From: Aequorivita sp.
GTDB lineage: Bacteria > Bacteroidota > Bacteroidia > Flavobacteriales > Flavobacteriaceae
Assembly (NCBI GenBank): GCA_965219125.1
Contig: CBDCMO010000002.1
Coordinates: 2,086,407-2,150,406 of the forward strand
DNA length: 64,000 nucleotides
Direction of reading: 5' to 3'
How positions within the stretch are numbered: position 1 is the first letter of the stretch; each line of letters opens with the position of its first letter. Below the pieces are notes generated by a model, which saw only the letters and a list, made by a program, of their open reading frames with translations, did no database searches and was not told the DNA's origin. Positions 9,941 to 19,176 of the stretch are shown piece by piece. A program made the translations under genes and the position numbers.

Positions 9941-10302
9941 AAAGATTAAGTTAGTTTTCGGCTACTTTAAAAGCTTTTCGCCATCCGCTTTAGTTGGAAT
10001 CTATATTAAATGAAAGCAAAAAATCAATTGAATAATATCTTTAACTCATTCATTTTTAAAAAGTTAATGGTGGATTATTAGTTTTGGAGGATATAGTTTT
10101 TAAAGAACAGTATTCTTTTTACAGATTGTAAAAAGAGAAGATGAATGCTAAGAATGATAATAGAATTAAAAAAGAGTGGAATATTATAGACTTGAATTAA
10201 ATAACAATACGAAAAAATTTCAATGTTTAATTACATATTTGAAGCATTAGGTTTATTATTTTTTTAATTCGTCCTTCAATTTTATTATTAAGAATTTCAC
10301 TA

Positions 10303-10342
10303 AAAAACAAAAACCGCCACCACCCAAAATAGGCTGGCAGCG
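10303..10342 (-). terminator. rho-independent terminator of the adhesin/PorP/OmpA operon
   Basis: On the minus strand, a CGCTGCCAGCC-TATTTTG-GGTGGTGGCG hairpin is followed by TTTTTGTTTTTT. It begins about 37 nt after the OmpA-family stop. Confidence 0.6.
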
Positions 10343-10379
10343 ATTTTATCACTTGGTTGGTTAGTAAGTGATATTACTA

Positions 10380-12272
10380 TTATTCCTTTTTAACGATTAT
10401 AAAGTCTGAACGTCTATTTTTCTGAAATTGCTCTTCTGTGCAGTTTTCGCCGCAATCTACAAGTGGATGAGATTCGCCAAAACCTTGACCGCTTATTCTG
10501 CTTTGTGTTATACCTTTACTTATAACATATTGTACGGTGCTTTGTGCGCGTCTTTCTGAAAGATCCATATTATAATCATCAGTGCCTCTATTATCTGTAT
10601 GGCCTTCAACTTTAATAACCATATTTGGGTATTTCTTCATGATAGCAACCAACTTGTCAAGCTCAAATGCGGCTTGCGGTTTAATGTTGCTCTTATCGAA
10701 ATCGAACAGAATTGTGTTTAGAACAACTTTATCGTCAACAATTATATCTTCAATTGGCTTTAAACCTATTGTAGTATTAGCTTTTGGTCCTTTTGAACCT
10801 TCAACAATAACTTGATTACTTTCAAAATCATCCATAAAAGCCTTTGCAACAAGTTTTTGGTCGCAGCCTGTTGTGAATTGTACGCTACCATTTGCGTCGG
10901 CAGTCTTGCTTTCCAATTTGTTATCTTGATTATCATATAACTCAACTCTTGCACCTCCAATTGGATCGTTTGTATATTGATTTCGAACTTGAACCGCCAA
11001 TAAAACCTCACATATTTGCGCGGCTTTAACTTTATAAATATCGTCGCTTCCCATTCCGCCTGGTCTATTTGAGGAAACAAAACCTTCACCGGTTGTACTG
11101 TTGTAGGTAAATGCAAAATCGTCATCGGTGGTGTTTATGCCGCCGCCCATATTTGATGGTTTTTCAAAACCACTTTCACTTGCTTTGGCCATAAAGACAT
11201 CCAAACCACCTAGCCCTAATTGCCCATCGCTGGAAAAATAAAGCGTACCGCTTGCATCTACATATGGGAAAACTTCTTTGCCTTCAGTATTTATATTGTC
11301 GCCCAAACTTGTTGGAGTTCCAAATCCGCCACTTTTTGTAACTGAAACCATATAGATATCGCTCATTCCTTTTCCGCCCGGCTTATCGCTTGTAAAGTAT
11401 AATGTATTTCCGTCTGCACTTAGAGCAGGATGCCCTGTGGAGTATTCGCTATTATCAAAAGGGACTTTTTGTATATCTTTCCATTCGCCATTAACATTTG
11501 TTGCATAGTAAATGTTAATTTGGTTTATGCCGTTATCACTTTTGTCATATTTTCCGCGATAATAATCATTACGGTCAAAATACATTCTTTTACCATCCGC
11601 AGTTATTGCAACTGTACTTTCGTGATATTTTGTATTTACATCGCCCTTCACTTTTGTGGCTTCTTGCATTGTCCCGCCACTCATTGTCATTTTATAAATA
11701 TCTAAATACGGCTCATCATTCCACCCATAATTTTTACCGGATGTATTTCTAGCAGTAGAAAAATAAATATCGTTGCCAGCCATTGTCCCTCCAAAATCTG
11801 AAAATTTCGAGTTAAGACCTTCCATTTTAGAAACAGCATATTTATCTTTATTCTCGCCCATTACCATTGGTATGTAGTTTGGGTTTTTCATAAAATCTAC
11901 AGCGCGAGAATCTGCAGGTTTCATTTTTGAGAAATTCTGCATCCACGTATTATATTCCGGATAATTACCGTTTGCCTTTAATGTTTGGGCGTAATTATAA
12001 ACGGTTTCTGAATCGGCTTTTTTATTTGCTACAACACGTTTGTAGTTGGCTTCGGCATTTTTTGTATCGTTTATAAAATAATAGCTATTGCCCAATTGCT
12101 CGTAAACGTAATCGCTCGTATTTCCGTTTGAGATTAGTTTTTGGTATGCTTCGGCAGCATCTACATATTTTAACCGTTCGTAAAGCTTGTCGGCTTTTTT
12201 TGTTGAAGCGTCTTGTGCGTAAACAAACGTAGTACAAACCGAAAGTAGTAATAAGAAGGTAATTTTTTTCAT
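10380..12272 (-). CDS. OmpA family protein (TPR + TolB-like beta-propeller + OmpA C-terminal domain)
   Basis: 630-aa ORF with signal peptide. Propeller-type repeats (GKRMYF, GNTLYFTSD, GTLYFSSD). C-terminal OmpA domain ILFDFDKSNIKPQAAFELDKL...VEGHTDNRGTDDYNMDLSERRA. Confidence 0.85.
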   Translation of the reverse strand: MKKITFLLLLSVCTTFVYAQDASTKKADKLYERLKYVDAAEAYQKLISNGNTSDYVYEQLGNSYYFINDTKNAEANYKRVVANKKADSETVYNYAQTLKANGNYPEYNTWMQNFSKMKPADSRAVDFMKNPNYIPMVMGENKDKYAVSKMEGLNSKFSDFGGTMAGNDIYFSTARNTSGKNYGWNDEPYLDIYKMTMSGGTMQEATKVKGDVNTKYHESTVAITADGKRMYFDRNDYYRGKYDKSDNGINQINIYYATNVNGEWKDIQKVPFDNSEYSTGHPALSADGNTLYFTSDKPGGKGMSDIYMVSVTKSGGFGTPTSLGDNINTEGKEVFPYVDASGTLYFSSDGQLGLGGLDVFMAKASESGFEKPSNMGGGINTTDDDFAFTYNSTTGEGFVSSNRPGGMGSDDIYKVKAAQICEVLLAVQVRNQYTNDPIGGARVELYDNQDNKLESKTADANGSVQFTTGCDQKLVAKAFMDDFESNQVIVEGSKGPKANTTIGLKPIEDIIVDDKVVLNTILFDFDKSNIKPQAAFELDKLVAIMKKYPNMVIKVEGHTDNRGTDDYNMDLSERRAQSTVQYVISKGITQSRISGQGFGESHPLVDCGENCTEEQFQKNRRSDFIIVKKE

Positions 12273-12309
12273 CGTTAGTTCTTTATATTTTAATAGTTCG
12301 GTTTATATT

Positions 12310-13224
12310 TTAGAAGAATCTAGGTGAACGTAATACACGTGTTTTGAAGAAAACATCGAAGGTTATAATTACTTCGTGAGAAGCTGGACCAATTGTTTTT
12401 ATGTCTGAAACTACGTGATCATAAGCGTAACCAATCCGAATGTTCGGGGTTACCTGAAAACCTACCAAACCACTAAAGGAATCATCTAAACGATAGGAAG
12501 CACCAATTTCAAACCTATCATAAAATAAGGCGTTTACGTTTGCATCAAAAGAAACGGGCGCATCAAATGCAGATTTAACCAAAACTGATGGCTTCAATTT
12601 AAAATTGTCCGAAACTTGAAAAATGTAACCGGCAGTCGCAAAATAATGATTGGTTTCTGAACCATATTTTAAGCCGTTTTCATCTAAATGAACAGATTTT
12701 AAAAGGTTTGGAACTGAAGCGCCTATATACCAACTATCTGAATAGAAAAAGGCGCCCGCACCAATATTTGGATAGGTATTATTTACATCTTGAGAGAAAA
12801 ATGGATCATTTGGATCTTGAAGGAGTAAGTTCGTTAAACCAATATCCTGAAAGGTTGCTCCAGCTTTTATACCTAACGCTAACTTTGTATTTGTTCCAGT
12901 TTGAATGGTATAACTAAAATCTGCAAAGACATTCGTTTCTTTTACGGGGCCAACTTCATCTTTAATGGCAGAAAGGCCTAGTCCCACATTATTTCCAACA
13001 GGCGAATGTGCTGAAAAGGTGTAGGTTTCTGGCGCGCCATCCAGCCCAGACCACTGTCTGCGATACAAAGCGGTAACAGACAGGCTTTCTTTTGAACCCG
13101 CATACGCAGGATTCACCACATTCATATTATACATGTATTGGGTGTACTGCGGATCTTGCTGCGCGGTTACGTCTTGAAAGAGCAAAACAACTATAACAAT
13201 TGTTAGTAGGTATATATGTTTCAT
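12310..13224 (-). CDS. PorP/SprF family type IX secretion system membrane protein
   Basis: 304-aa ORF with signal peptide. The mature start QQDPQYTQYMYN and a beta-barrel ending ...RSPRFF are family hallmarks. It lies directly downstream of a type-B T9SS cargo gene, as is usual. Confidence 0.85.
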   Translation of the reverse strand: MKHIYLLTIVIVVLLFQDVTAQQDPQYTQYMYNMNVVNPAYAGSKESLSVTALYRRQWSGLDGAPETYTFSAHSPVGNNVGLGLSAIKDEVGPVKETNVFADFSYTIQTGTNTKLALGIKAGATFQDIGLTNLLLQDPNDPFFSQDVNNTYPNIGAGAFFYSDSWYIGASVPNLLKSVHLDENGLKYGSETNHYFATAGYIFQVSDNFKLKPSVLVKSAFDAPVSFDANVNALFYDRFEIGASYRLDDSFSGLVGFQVTPNIRIGYAYDHVVSDIKTIGPASHEVIITFDVFFKTRVLRSPRFF

Positions 13225-13323
13225 ATTAGTTTAGGTATAGTTTTGTAATTGAAAATATAAACCATCCGAATAAGTTGCTTTTTAGTCACTTTTATAATGA
13301 ATGGTTTATATTTTAATAAGTTT

Positions 13324-16300
13324 TTATTGTGGTTCTTGGTTTAAGTAAATCCATCCAGTTTTTTGGTCATCTTCTATCACATTATTATTTGCTGGAGTTG
13401 TGTTGGTCGAATCAATATTGAGCACATAATAATAGGTTCCTGTTGGTAGATCTTTTCCAGCATCGCTCTGTCCTCTCCACTCATCAGTGTAATTATCTAA
13501 CTCAAAAACAATTGTACCATATCTGTTATAAACTTTTAGATTTAAGCTTCCGAATCTATTTTTAAGGAAACCAAGATCGAAGGAATCGTTCAAACCATCA
13601 CCGTTTGGTGATATACCTTGAGAAATTACACAGTTACCGCCATTGTATAAACTTACTTCAACAGAATCTGTTCCTGTACATGAGCCGGATGATATTATCA
13701 CAGAATATATTTGTGAGCCAACAGTATTTCCATCTAGTGAAACGGTTATGCTTCCACCAGTTTCATTTGGTAAAATGTCACCATTTAAAAACCATTGATA
13801 CGTTATACCAACTTCGGAAGTAGAAGCGGTTATAATGTTTTCTTCATTTGGACAAGTTTCAATATCGTCTCCCAAGCTAACATTTAAAGGATCGCTTGCT
13901 GAAACTGTAATTACATCTTCAGCAGTACATAAACCTACATTTGCAATTACGGAATAATCACCAGGCTCTGTAATGTTTAGGGTTGAAGTGGTTTGTCCTT
14001 CAATTAAAGTTCCATTTAAATACCATTCAAACGTAGCTTCACTTACATCGTAAACTGTTATTGAGGCATTTAGCACCGTTTCGCTATCAAAACAGCTGTC
14101 AAAATCTGCTCCTAAATCAACATTAAAATCTACAAGAGAAATTACAAGATCATCGCTAGCAACACAACTTCCTACTGTTACAGTTACTGTATATGTTCCT
14201 GGTCCTGTTACAATTAGTGTAGATTCATTTTCATCAACAATTTGTGCTCCGTTTAAAAACCAAGCATACGTCGCATTTGTGAGGTCTGTACCTTGGGCGT
14301 TTCCAGTTAACAATACTGTTGTGTTTTCAAAACAGGTCATTATATCTTGTCCTAAATCTACCGTAAGGTTGCCTGGACTAACAATAATTGTATCTGTTGC
14401 TTGACAATTACCTACCGTTGCAATAACCATATAAGTACCATCCAGCAAAATTGTTAAGGTTGAATTGGTTTCACCTGCAATTTCGTTTCCGTTAAAGAAC
14501 CATTGATAGGTAGCCTCATTCTCACCAAAAACCGTAAGCGTTGAAGTTAAAACAACAGGCCCATCAAAACAGGTTTCAAAATCTTCACCAAGATCAACTG
14601 TGAAGTTGGTTGGCGAAATAACTATAGTATCAGTTGCTTGGCAACTTCCAATTGAAACAATAACGGTATACGTGCCAACTTGATTAATGTCTAAAGTTGC
14701 ATTGGTTTCACCTGTAATCTCATTTCCATTTAAAAACCATTGATAGGTTGCCGTAGCCGGATCATAATTTGATGGAGAGGCGTCCAAGGTTTGATTGGTT
14801 ACAAAGCAAGATTCAAAATCTGCACCCAAATCAATTAAAATAGGATCGCCTGGATTTATGGTAATAGAATCTGTTCCTGTACATCCACCAATTGTAACAA
14901 CAACTGTGTATGTTCCATTTTGCGTAACAACTAACGTTGCATTTGTTTCGCCGGCAATTACGGTTCCATCAAGCGACCAAACATAGGTTGCAAGGGCAGG
15001 ATCGTAATTTGAAGGTGTTGCATCCAACGTTATTGGATCTGTTATACACGAATTGAAATCTGGCCCCAAATCTACTAATATCGGATCACCAGCACTAATT
15101 ATTATACTATCTGTCGCGGTACAAATTCCTGCAGTGACGATTACGGAGTATGTACCTAATTGCGTTACACTAAGAGTTGCATTTGTTTCACCTGCAATCA
15201 CAGTTCCATTTAAGGACCATTGGTAAGTAACTGAAGCAGGATCATAATTTGAAGGCGAAGCATCTAAAATTATAGGATCTAGCAAACAACTTTGAATATC
15301 GTCACCTAGATCTATCTGAATATCATTAGCAGGAATAATCTGAACAGAATCTATTGCTGTACATATGCCAATAGTTACAATTACTGAATATGTTCCTGCT
15401 TGCGAAGGCACTAAAGTAGGATTTGTTTCACCAGCAATTACAGTTCCATTTAAAGACCATTGATAAACGGCCACATTTGGATCGTAATTGGACGGAGATG
15501 CGTCTAAAACAACATTATCCAATAAACAAGTTGTAATATCTGGCCCTAAATCTATTTGAATATCATTTCTGGCACTTATTACAACCGTATCAGTTTCTAC
15601 ACAAACTCCCGCAGTAACAGTAACCATATAGGTGCCGGCTTGCGTTACGTTTATAGTTTGTCCAGTTGCACCTGCGATTACGGTGCCATTACGAGTCCAA
15701 ACAAATGTTACTTGGTTTGCATTATATACTGTCTGATTGGCATTTAATGTTAATGGTGTTTCTAGACAAGTAATTTGGTCGGGGCCAAGATTTACGCTAA
15801 AGTCTACCGGAGTAATAGTTATTGTATCTGTTGCAACACACGTACCATTTGTTACAGTAACCATATAAGTTCCGGTTGCAGTTGGTATTAAAGTTGGACC
15901 AGTTTGAGCAGGTAATATTGTACCATTAAGCCTCCAAACGTAAGTTGCACTACCTGGCGCAATATTACTTGGAGTGGCATCCAAGACAACTGTGTTTCCT
16001 ATTTCAAGACAAGAATTGATATTTGCGCCTAAATCAAATAAAGGAGTTTGTCCTAATGTAACAACTACGGTGTCTCTAATGGTACAACCGTCAGTTCCCG
16101 TTACATCAACAAAATAAGTACCACTCGTATTAACGGTTATAGACTGTGTTGTTGCACCTGTGCTCCATAAAAAGGTTGCATCTGCAGGATCTAAGCCAGT
16201 AAGGTTTGCAGTTAAGGTTGCTGAACTTTGTCCACAAGTTGAAATATCTGGACCTAATGAAACAGAGAATGTAGCATTTGATGTTACAACAACATCATCT

Positions 16301-17316
16301 GTTACTACTACAATATCACCATTACAGCTGGTATATGTAACTTTTGCAGTATATGTTTGTGTGCCAGAAGGGCAAACGTTTAAATTAGGGGTTGTTCCAA
16401 TTACTGTGCCTGTAGAGTCTAACCAAGCAAAATCTACGATACTTGGGCCAGCTGGTGTAAAACGCCATGCTTCAAGAAACGCATCCCAAGGTGAGTCTGA
16501 TGTGTTTCTTCCGGGTGGTACAAAACCAACAGTACCAGCATTATTTTGAATACCTACTGCTGCAACCCCGTTTTGCCAAGCAGTACACGCCTGCTTTTGT
16601 AAAATATATACATCTATAATATTGGTAGTTTCATATAAAACTATCATTTGTGTTGCCAAAAGGTTGTGACAGCTTTCTAAAAACATTGGTACTTCCGAAT
16701 AGGCTACAATCAAAACTCTATTTGGCGCAACTCCTTGTACTTCAAAACCAATTTCTGCCGTATCTGACACTGATGGATCAATATCGTGTACAGGTGAAAA
16801 TATGTTACCTTCTGCTAACGCTTCTTGTACATTATTGGGTAAATTAGCTGTAAAACTATAAGCATTAGAGCCTCCACCTGTGTCATTGGGATTAACATCA
16901 AAACGAAGTGTCCCATTACTGCCTACTTGATATTGGGTATTAATTGCTCCAAAAAAACAAAAGTCGAATGGTAATTGGTTTACAGGAGTCCAAGCGTCAT
17001 CTATTGCAGTATTAAGTTGGTTTCCCAATCCTTGAAAATCTGAAGGTGGCAAAAAATCTATTGATGAAACGGTGTATGTATTTGTTTCACCAATTTGAAG
17101 AAATATAGCACTTAAATCTGCACAACCTCCCGTTGAACAATCTACTGTTTGGTCTGGGCCAGCATCTACAAAAGGATTTCCGGGAATCTGCGCAGAAACT
17201 TGTGTTCCAAAAAATAAAAGGAGCATTGTAATTAATGTGGCAGAAAATGTATTTTTTACTGAATTATTATCTCTTTTAAAACCGGTGAATAAAGAGAATA
17301 GTAATGTTTTATTCAT
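13324..17316 (-). CDS. T9SS type B sorting-domain protein; giant repeat adhesin-like surface protein
   Basis: 1330-aa ORF with signal peptide (GTQVSAQ) and 11 tandem ~80-aa Ig-like modules. The C-terminal ~100 aa (CVISQGISPNGDGLNDSFDLGFL...KVYNRYGTIVFE...LPTGTYYYVL) match the gliding-motility-associated (type B) C-terminal domain. Confidence 0.85.
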   Translation of the reverse strand: MNKTLLFSLFTGFKRDNNSVKNTFSATLITMLLLFFGTQVSAQIPGNPFVDAGPDQTVDCSTGGCADLSAIFLQIGETNTYTVSSIDFLPPSDFQGLGNQLNTAIDDAWTPVNQLPFDFCFFGAINTQYQVGSNGTLRFDVNPNDTGGGSNAYSFTANLPNNVQEALAEGNIFSPVHDIDPSVSDTAEIGFEVQGVAPNRVLIVAYSEVPMFLESCHNLLATQMIVLYETTNIIDVYILQKQACTAWQNGVAAVGIQNNAGTVGFVPPGRNTSDSPWDAFLEAWRFTPAGPSIVDFAWLDSTGTVIGTTPNLNVCPSGTQTYTAKVTYTSCNGDIVVVTDDVVVTSNATFSVSLGPDISTCGQSSATLTANLTGLDPADATFLWSTGATTQSITVNTSGTYFVDVTGTDGCTIRDTVVVTLGQTPLFDLGANINSCLEIGNTVVLDATPSNIAPGSATYVWRLNGTILPAQTGPTLIPTATGTYMVTVTNGTCVATDTITITPVDFSVNLGPDQITCLETPLTLNANQTVYNANQVTFVWTRNGTVIAGATGQTINVTQAGTYMVTVTAGVCVETDTVVISARNDIQIDLGPDITTCLLDNVVLDASPSNYDPNVAVYQWSLNGTVIAGETNPTLVPSQAGTYSVIVTIGICTAIDSVQIIPANDIQIDLGDDIQSCLLDPIILDASPSNYDPASVTYQWSLNGTVIAGETNATLSVTQLGTYSVIVTAGICTATDSIIISAGDPILVDLGPDFNSCITDPITLDATPSNYDPALATYVWSLDGTVIAGETNATLVVTQNGTYTVVVTIGGCTGTDSITINPGDPILIDLGADFESCFVTNQTLDASPSNYDPATATYQWFLNGNEITGETNATLDINQVGTYTVIVSIGSCQATDTIVISPTNFTVDLGEDFETCFDGPVVLTSTLTVFGENEATYQWFFNGNEIAGETNSTLTILLDGTYMVIATVGNCQATDTIIVSPGNLTVDLGQDIMTCFENTTVLLTGNAQGTDLTNATYAWFLNGAQIVDENESTLIVTGPGTYTVTVTVGSCVASDDLVISLVDFNVDLGADFDSCFDSETVLNASITVYDVSEATFEWYLNGTLIEGQTTSTLNITEPGDYSVIANVGLCTAEDVITVSASDPLNVSLGDDIETCPNEENIITASTSEVGITYQWFLNGDILPNETGGSITVSLDGNTVGSQIYSVIISSGSCTGTDSVEVSLYNGGNCVISQGISPNGDGLNDSFDLGFLKNRFGSLNLKVYNRYGTIVFELDNYTDEWRGQSDAGKDLPTGTYYYVLNIDSTNTTPANNNVIEDDQKTGWIYLNQEPQ
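13651..16260 (-). repeat. tandem array of 11 ~240-nt coding repeats inside the adhesin gene
   Basis: Modules start at aa 353, 428, 509, 589, 669, 749, 829, 908, 987, 1067 and 1147, each beginning (D/S/N)LG(P/A/D/E/Q)D. Units at aa 589-907 (nt 14596-15552) share long identical stretches (LDASPSNYDP, YQWSLNGTVIAGETNATL, GTYSVIVT). Confidence 0.85.
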
Positions 17317-17412
17317 ACTAACAAAATTATTATTTTGAATATTAAAAGTATATGTTTTCCTTAAAGCGCACGAAATATATGAATAATCCCAATAAAACGT
17401 TAATATTTTTTC

Positions 17413-18423
17413 CTAATTTTTTATAGAAAAAATTGAGTATATTGGAAAATGATCACTATTTCCACCTAAATATTTCGTGCCAAAGAAGGTTCTCAAAGGA
17501 TTTCCGCGATATTTGCCGTTGCGTTCTTCTAAATAAGAAACATTGTAAATTTTAGAAATATCATATTGAAGTTTATTAGTTTTCTGGTCTAAAAAATTAT
17601 TAGAGATAAACATTTGGTCAAATAAATTCCACGCATTTTTATAGGTTACACTTCCTTCATATTTGGTCAAAAGTGTTTTCATTGGGTTATAAAAATCTGT
17701 CCCGGCAAGTAATGTTGGACCATCGTTATTTGGGTTGTCGTTAAAATCTCCCATTATTATGATTTGAGCGTTTGCGTCAACAGTAGTTATTGTTTTAATG
17801 ATTTCCTTATTTCTTTCGGCAGCAAGTATTCGTTTATAATTCGTTGTGTCTGTTCCATCGTGGCGCGATGGCCAGTGGTTTACCAAAATATGTATTTCCT
17901 CCCGGTTGCCGAGCCCTTCGACAGGCTCAGTATAAGCTAAAGCCGAAGTAGCAATTTTTCCTTTCACATAAAGTATATCTCTTGTATAATCACGTTCACC
18001 GTTTGGATTATTTAGTAAAAGTGGAAAATTTTCAGAATGAATTACTTCAAAAAAATCTCTCCTATATATAAGTGCTGTATCAATGCCACGCTCGTCGGGC
18101 GAATCGTACTGTATAAAACCATAATTTTTGTTTTTTAGAAATTCTGAATGTACTAACTGCTCCAGCACATATTTGTTTTCAATTTCGGCAACACCTATAA
18201 TAATAGGTGGATGGTTGGTTTCTTCATAACCCAACTGAGAAATAGTTTTGCCAAGATTCAGCACTTTTTTATCGAAACGTTTTTGCGTCCAATGTAAATC
18301 GCCAGTTTCTGTGAACCCATCATCTAAGGTTTCGGGATCGTTTTTGGTGTCGAAGAGATTTTCGAGGTTGTAAAAGGCGATGGTGTATTTATTTGTGTTT
18401 TCTTCAGAATCGGTCATATTCAA
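17413..18423 (-). CDS. endonuclease/exonuclease/phosphatase family protein, leaderless paralogue (EEP2)
   Basis: Shares IAFYNLENLFD, LVNHWPSRHDG, MGDFNDNP and SDHFPIYSIF with EEP1 (4007-5071). It has no signal peptide (MNMTDSEENTNKY). Confidence 0.75.
   Translation of the reverse strand: MNMTDSEENTNKYTIAFYNLENLFDTKNDPETLDDGFTETGDLHWTQKRFDKKVLNLGKTISQLGYEETNHPPIIIGVAEIENKYVLEQLVHSEFLKNKNYGFIQYDSPDERGIDTALIYRRDFFEVIHSENFPLLLNNPNGERDYTRDILYVKGKIATSALAYTEPVEGLGNREEIHILVNHWPSRHDGTDTTNYKRILAAERNKEIIKTITTVDANAQIIIMGDFNDNPNNDGPTLLAGTDFYNPMKTLLTKYEGSVTYKNAWNLFDQMFISNNFLDQKTNKLQYDISKIYNVSYLEERNGKYRGNPLRTFFGTKYLGGNSDHFPIYSIFSIKN
17904..17952 (-). repeat. GC-rich REP-like element lying in frame inside EEP2
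   Basis: Encodes ATSALAYTEPVEGLGN, which is absent at the same position in EEP1. 54% GC, with a GAGCC-N8-GGCTC hairpin. Its ends GGTTGCCGAGC...AAGCCGAAGTA recur at 41107-41130. Confidence 0.55.
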
Positions 18424-18468
18424 ATTTAGTATAGAAATGAAATTTACGAAAAATTAAACTAAAACCTC

Positions 18469-19176
18469 TTAACAACCTAAACGTTCTATAACACAATCTT
18501 TATAACTTCGGCTTATGGTAATTGCTTGTTTTCTAATTTGAATATATTCGTGCGTAAAATATTCGATTTTTTCTATTGCAACTATAAACGATCTGTGGCA
18601 ACGCAAAAATTTTGTTGGCGGAAGTTTGGCTTCAATATTTGTAATTGTTTCGCGCGTAGTAATCGTTTTATCTGCCAAATTAATTTTCAAATAATCGCCT
18701 AAACTTTCAATGAATAGAATTTTATTGAAGTCCACTTTAATCATTTTACGATCGGCTCGGATAAAGAAAAAGTCTTCCAAATTTTCTGGATTTCTTATTT
18801 CAGCTTTTTCTTGAACTGTTGATTCTGCAATGAATTTTGAAACTGCTTTGTTCAGCCTTATAAAAGATATGGGTTTTAATAAATAGTCAACAGCCTGAAG
18901 ATCGAAACCATCAATTGCATATTCGCGATAGGCGGTCGTAAAGATTACTTTTATGTTTGGGTTAATTGTTTTTGCAAACGAAATACCATCAATATTCGGC
19001 ATATTTATATCTAGAAAAATAAGGTCTATGTTCTCTTTATTTAAAATTGAAAAACCTTCAATTGCATTTTTACAACTTGCGACTATTTCAATTTCGTTAA
19101 TTTTTGATACGTGTGTTTCAATAATACCGCGAGCTATCGGTTCGTCGTCAATTATAAGTGCTTTATATTTCGACAT
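18469..19176 (-). CDS. LytTR-family DNA-binding response regulator
   Basis: Receiver domain (ALIIDDEP, DLIFLDINMP, LLKPI) plus a C-terminal LytTR domain (...YLKINL...FLRCHRSFIV). 14-nt overlap with the kinase gene. Confidence 0.85.
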   Translation of the reverse strand: MSKYKALIIDDEPIARGIIETHVSKINEIEIVASCKNAIEGFSILNKENIDLIFLDINMPNIDGISFAKTINPNIKVIFTTAYREYAIDGFDLQAVDYLLKPISFIRLNKAVSKFIAESTVQEKAEIRNPENLEDFFFIRADRKMIKVDFNKILFIESLGDYLKINLADKTITTRETITNIEAKLPPTKFLRCHRSFIVAIEKIEYFTHEYIQIRKQAITISRSYKDCVIERLGC

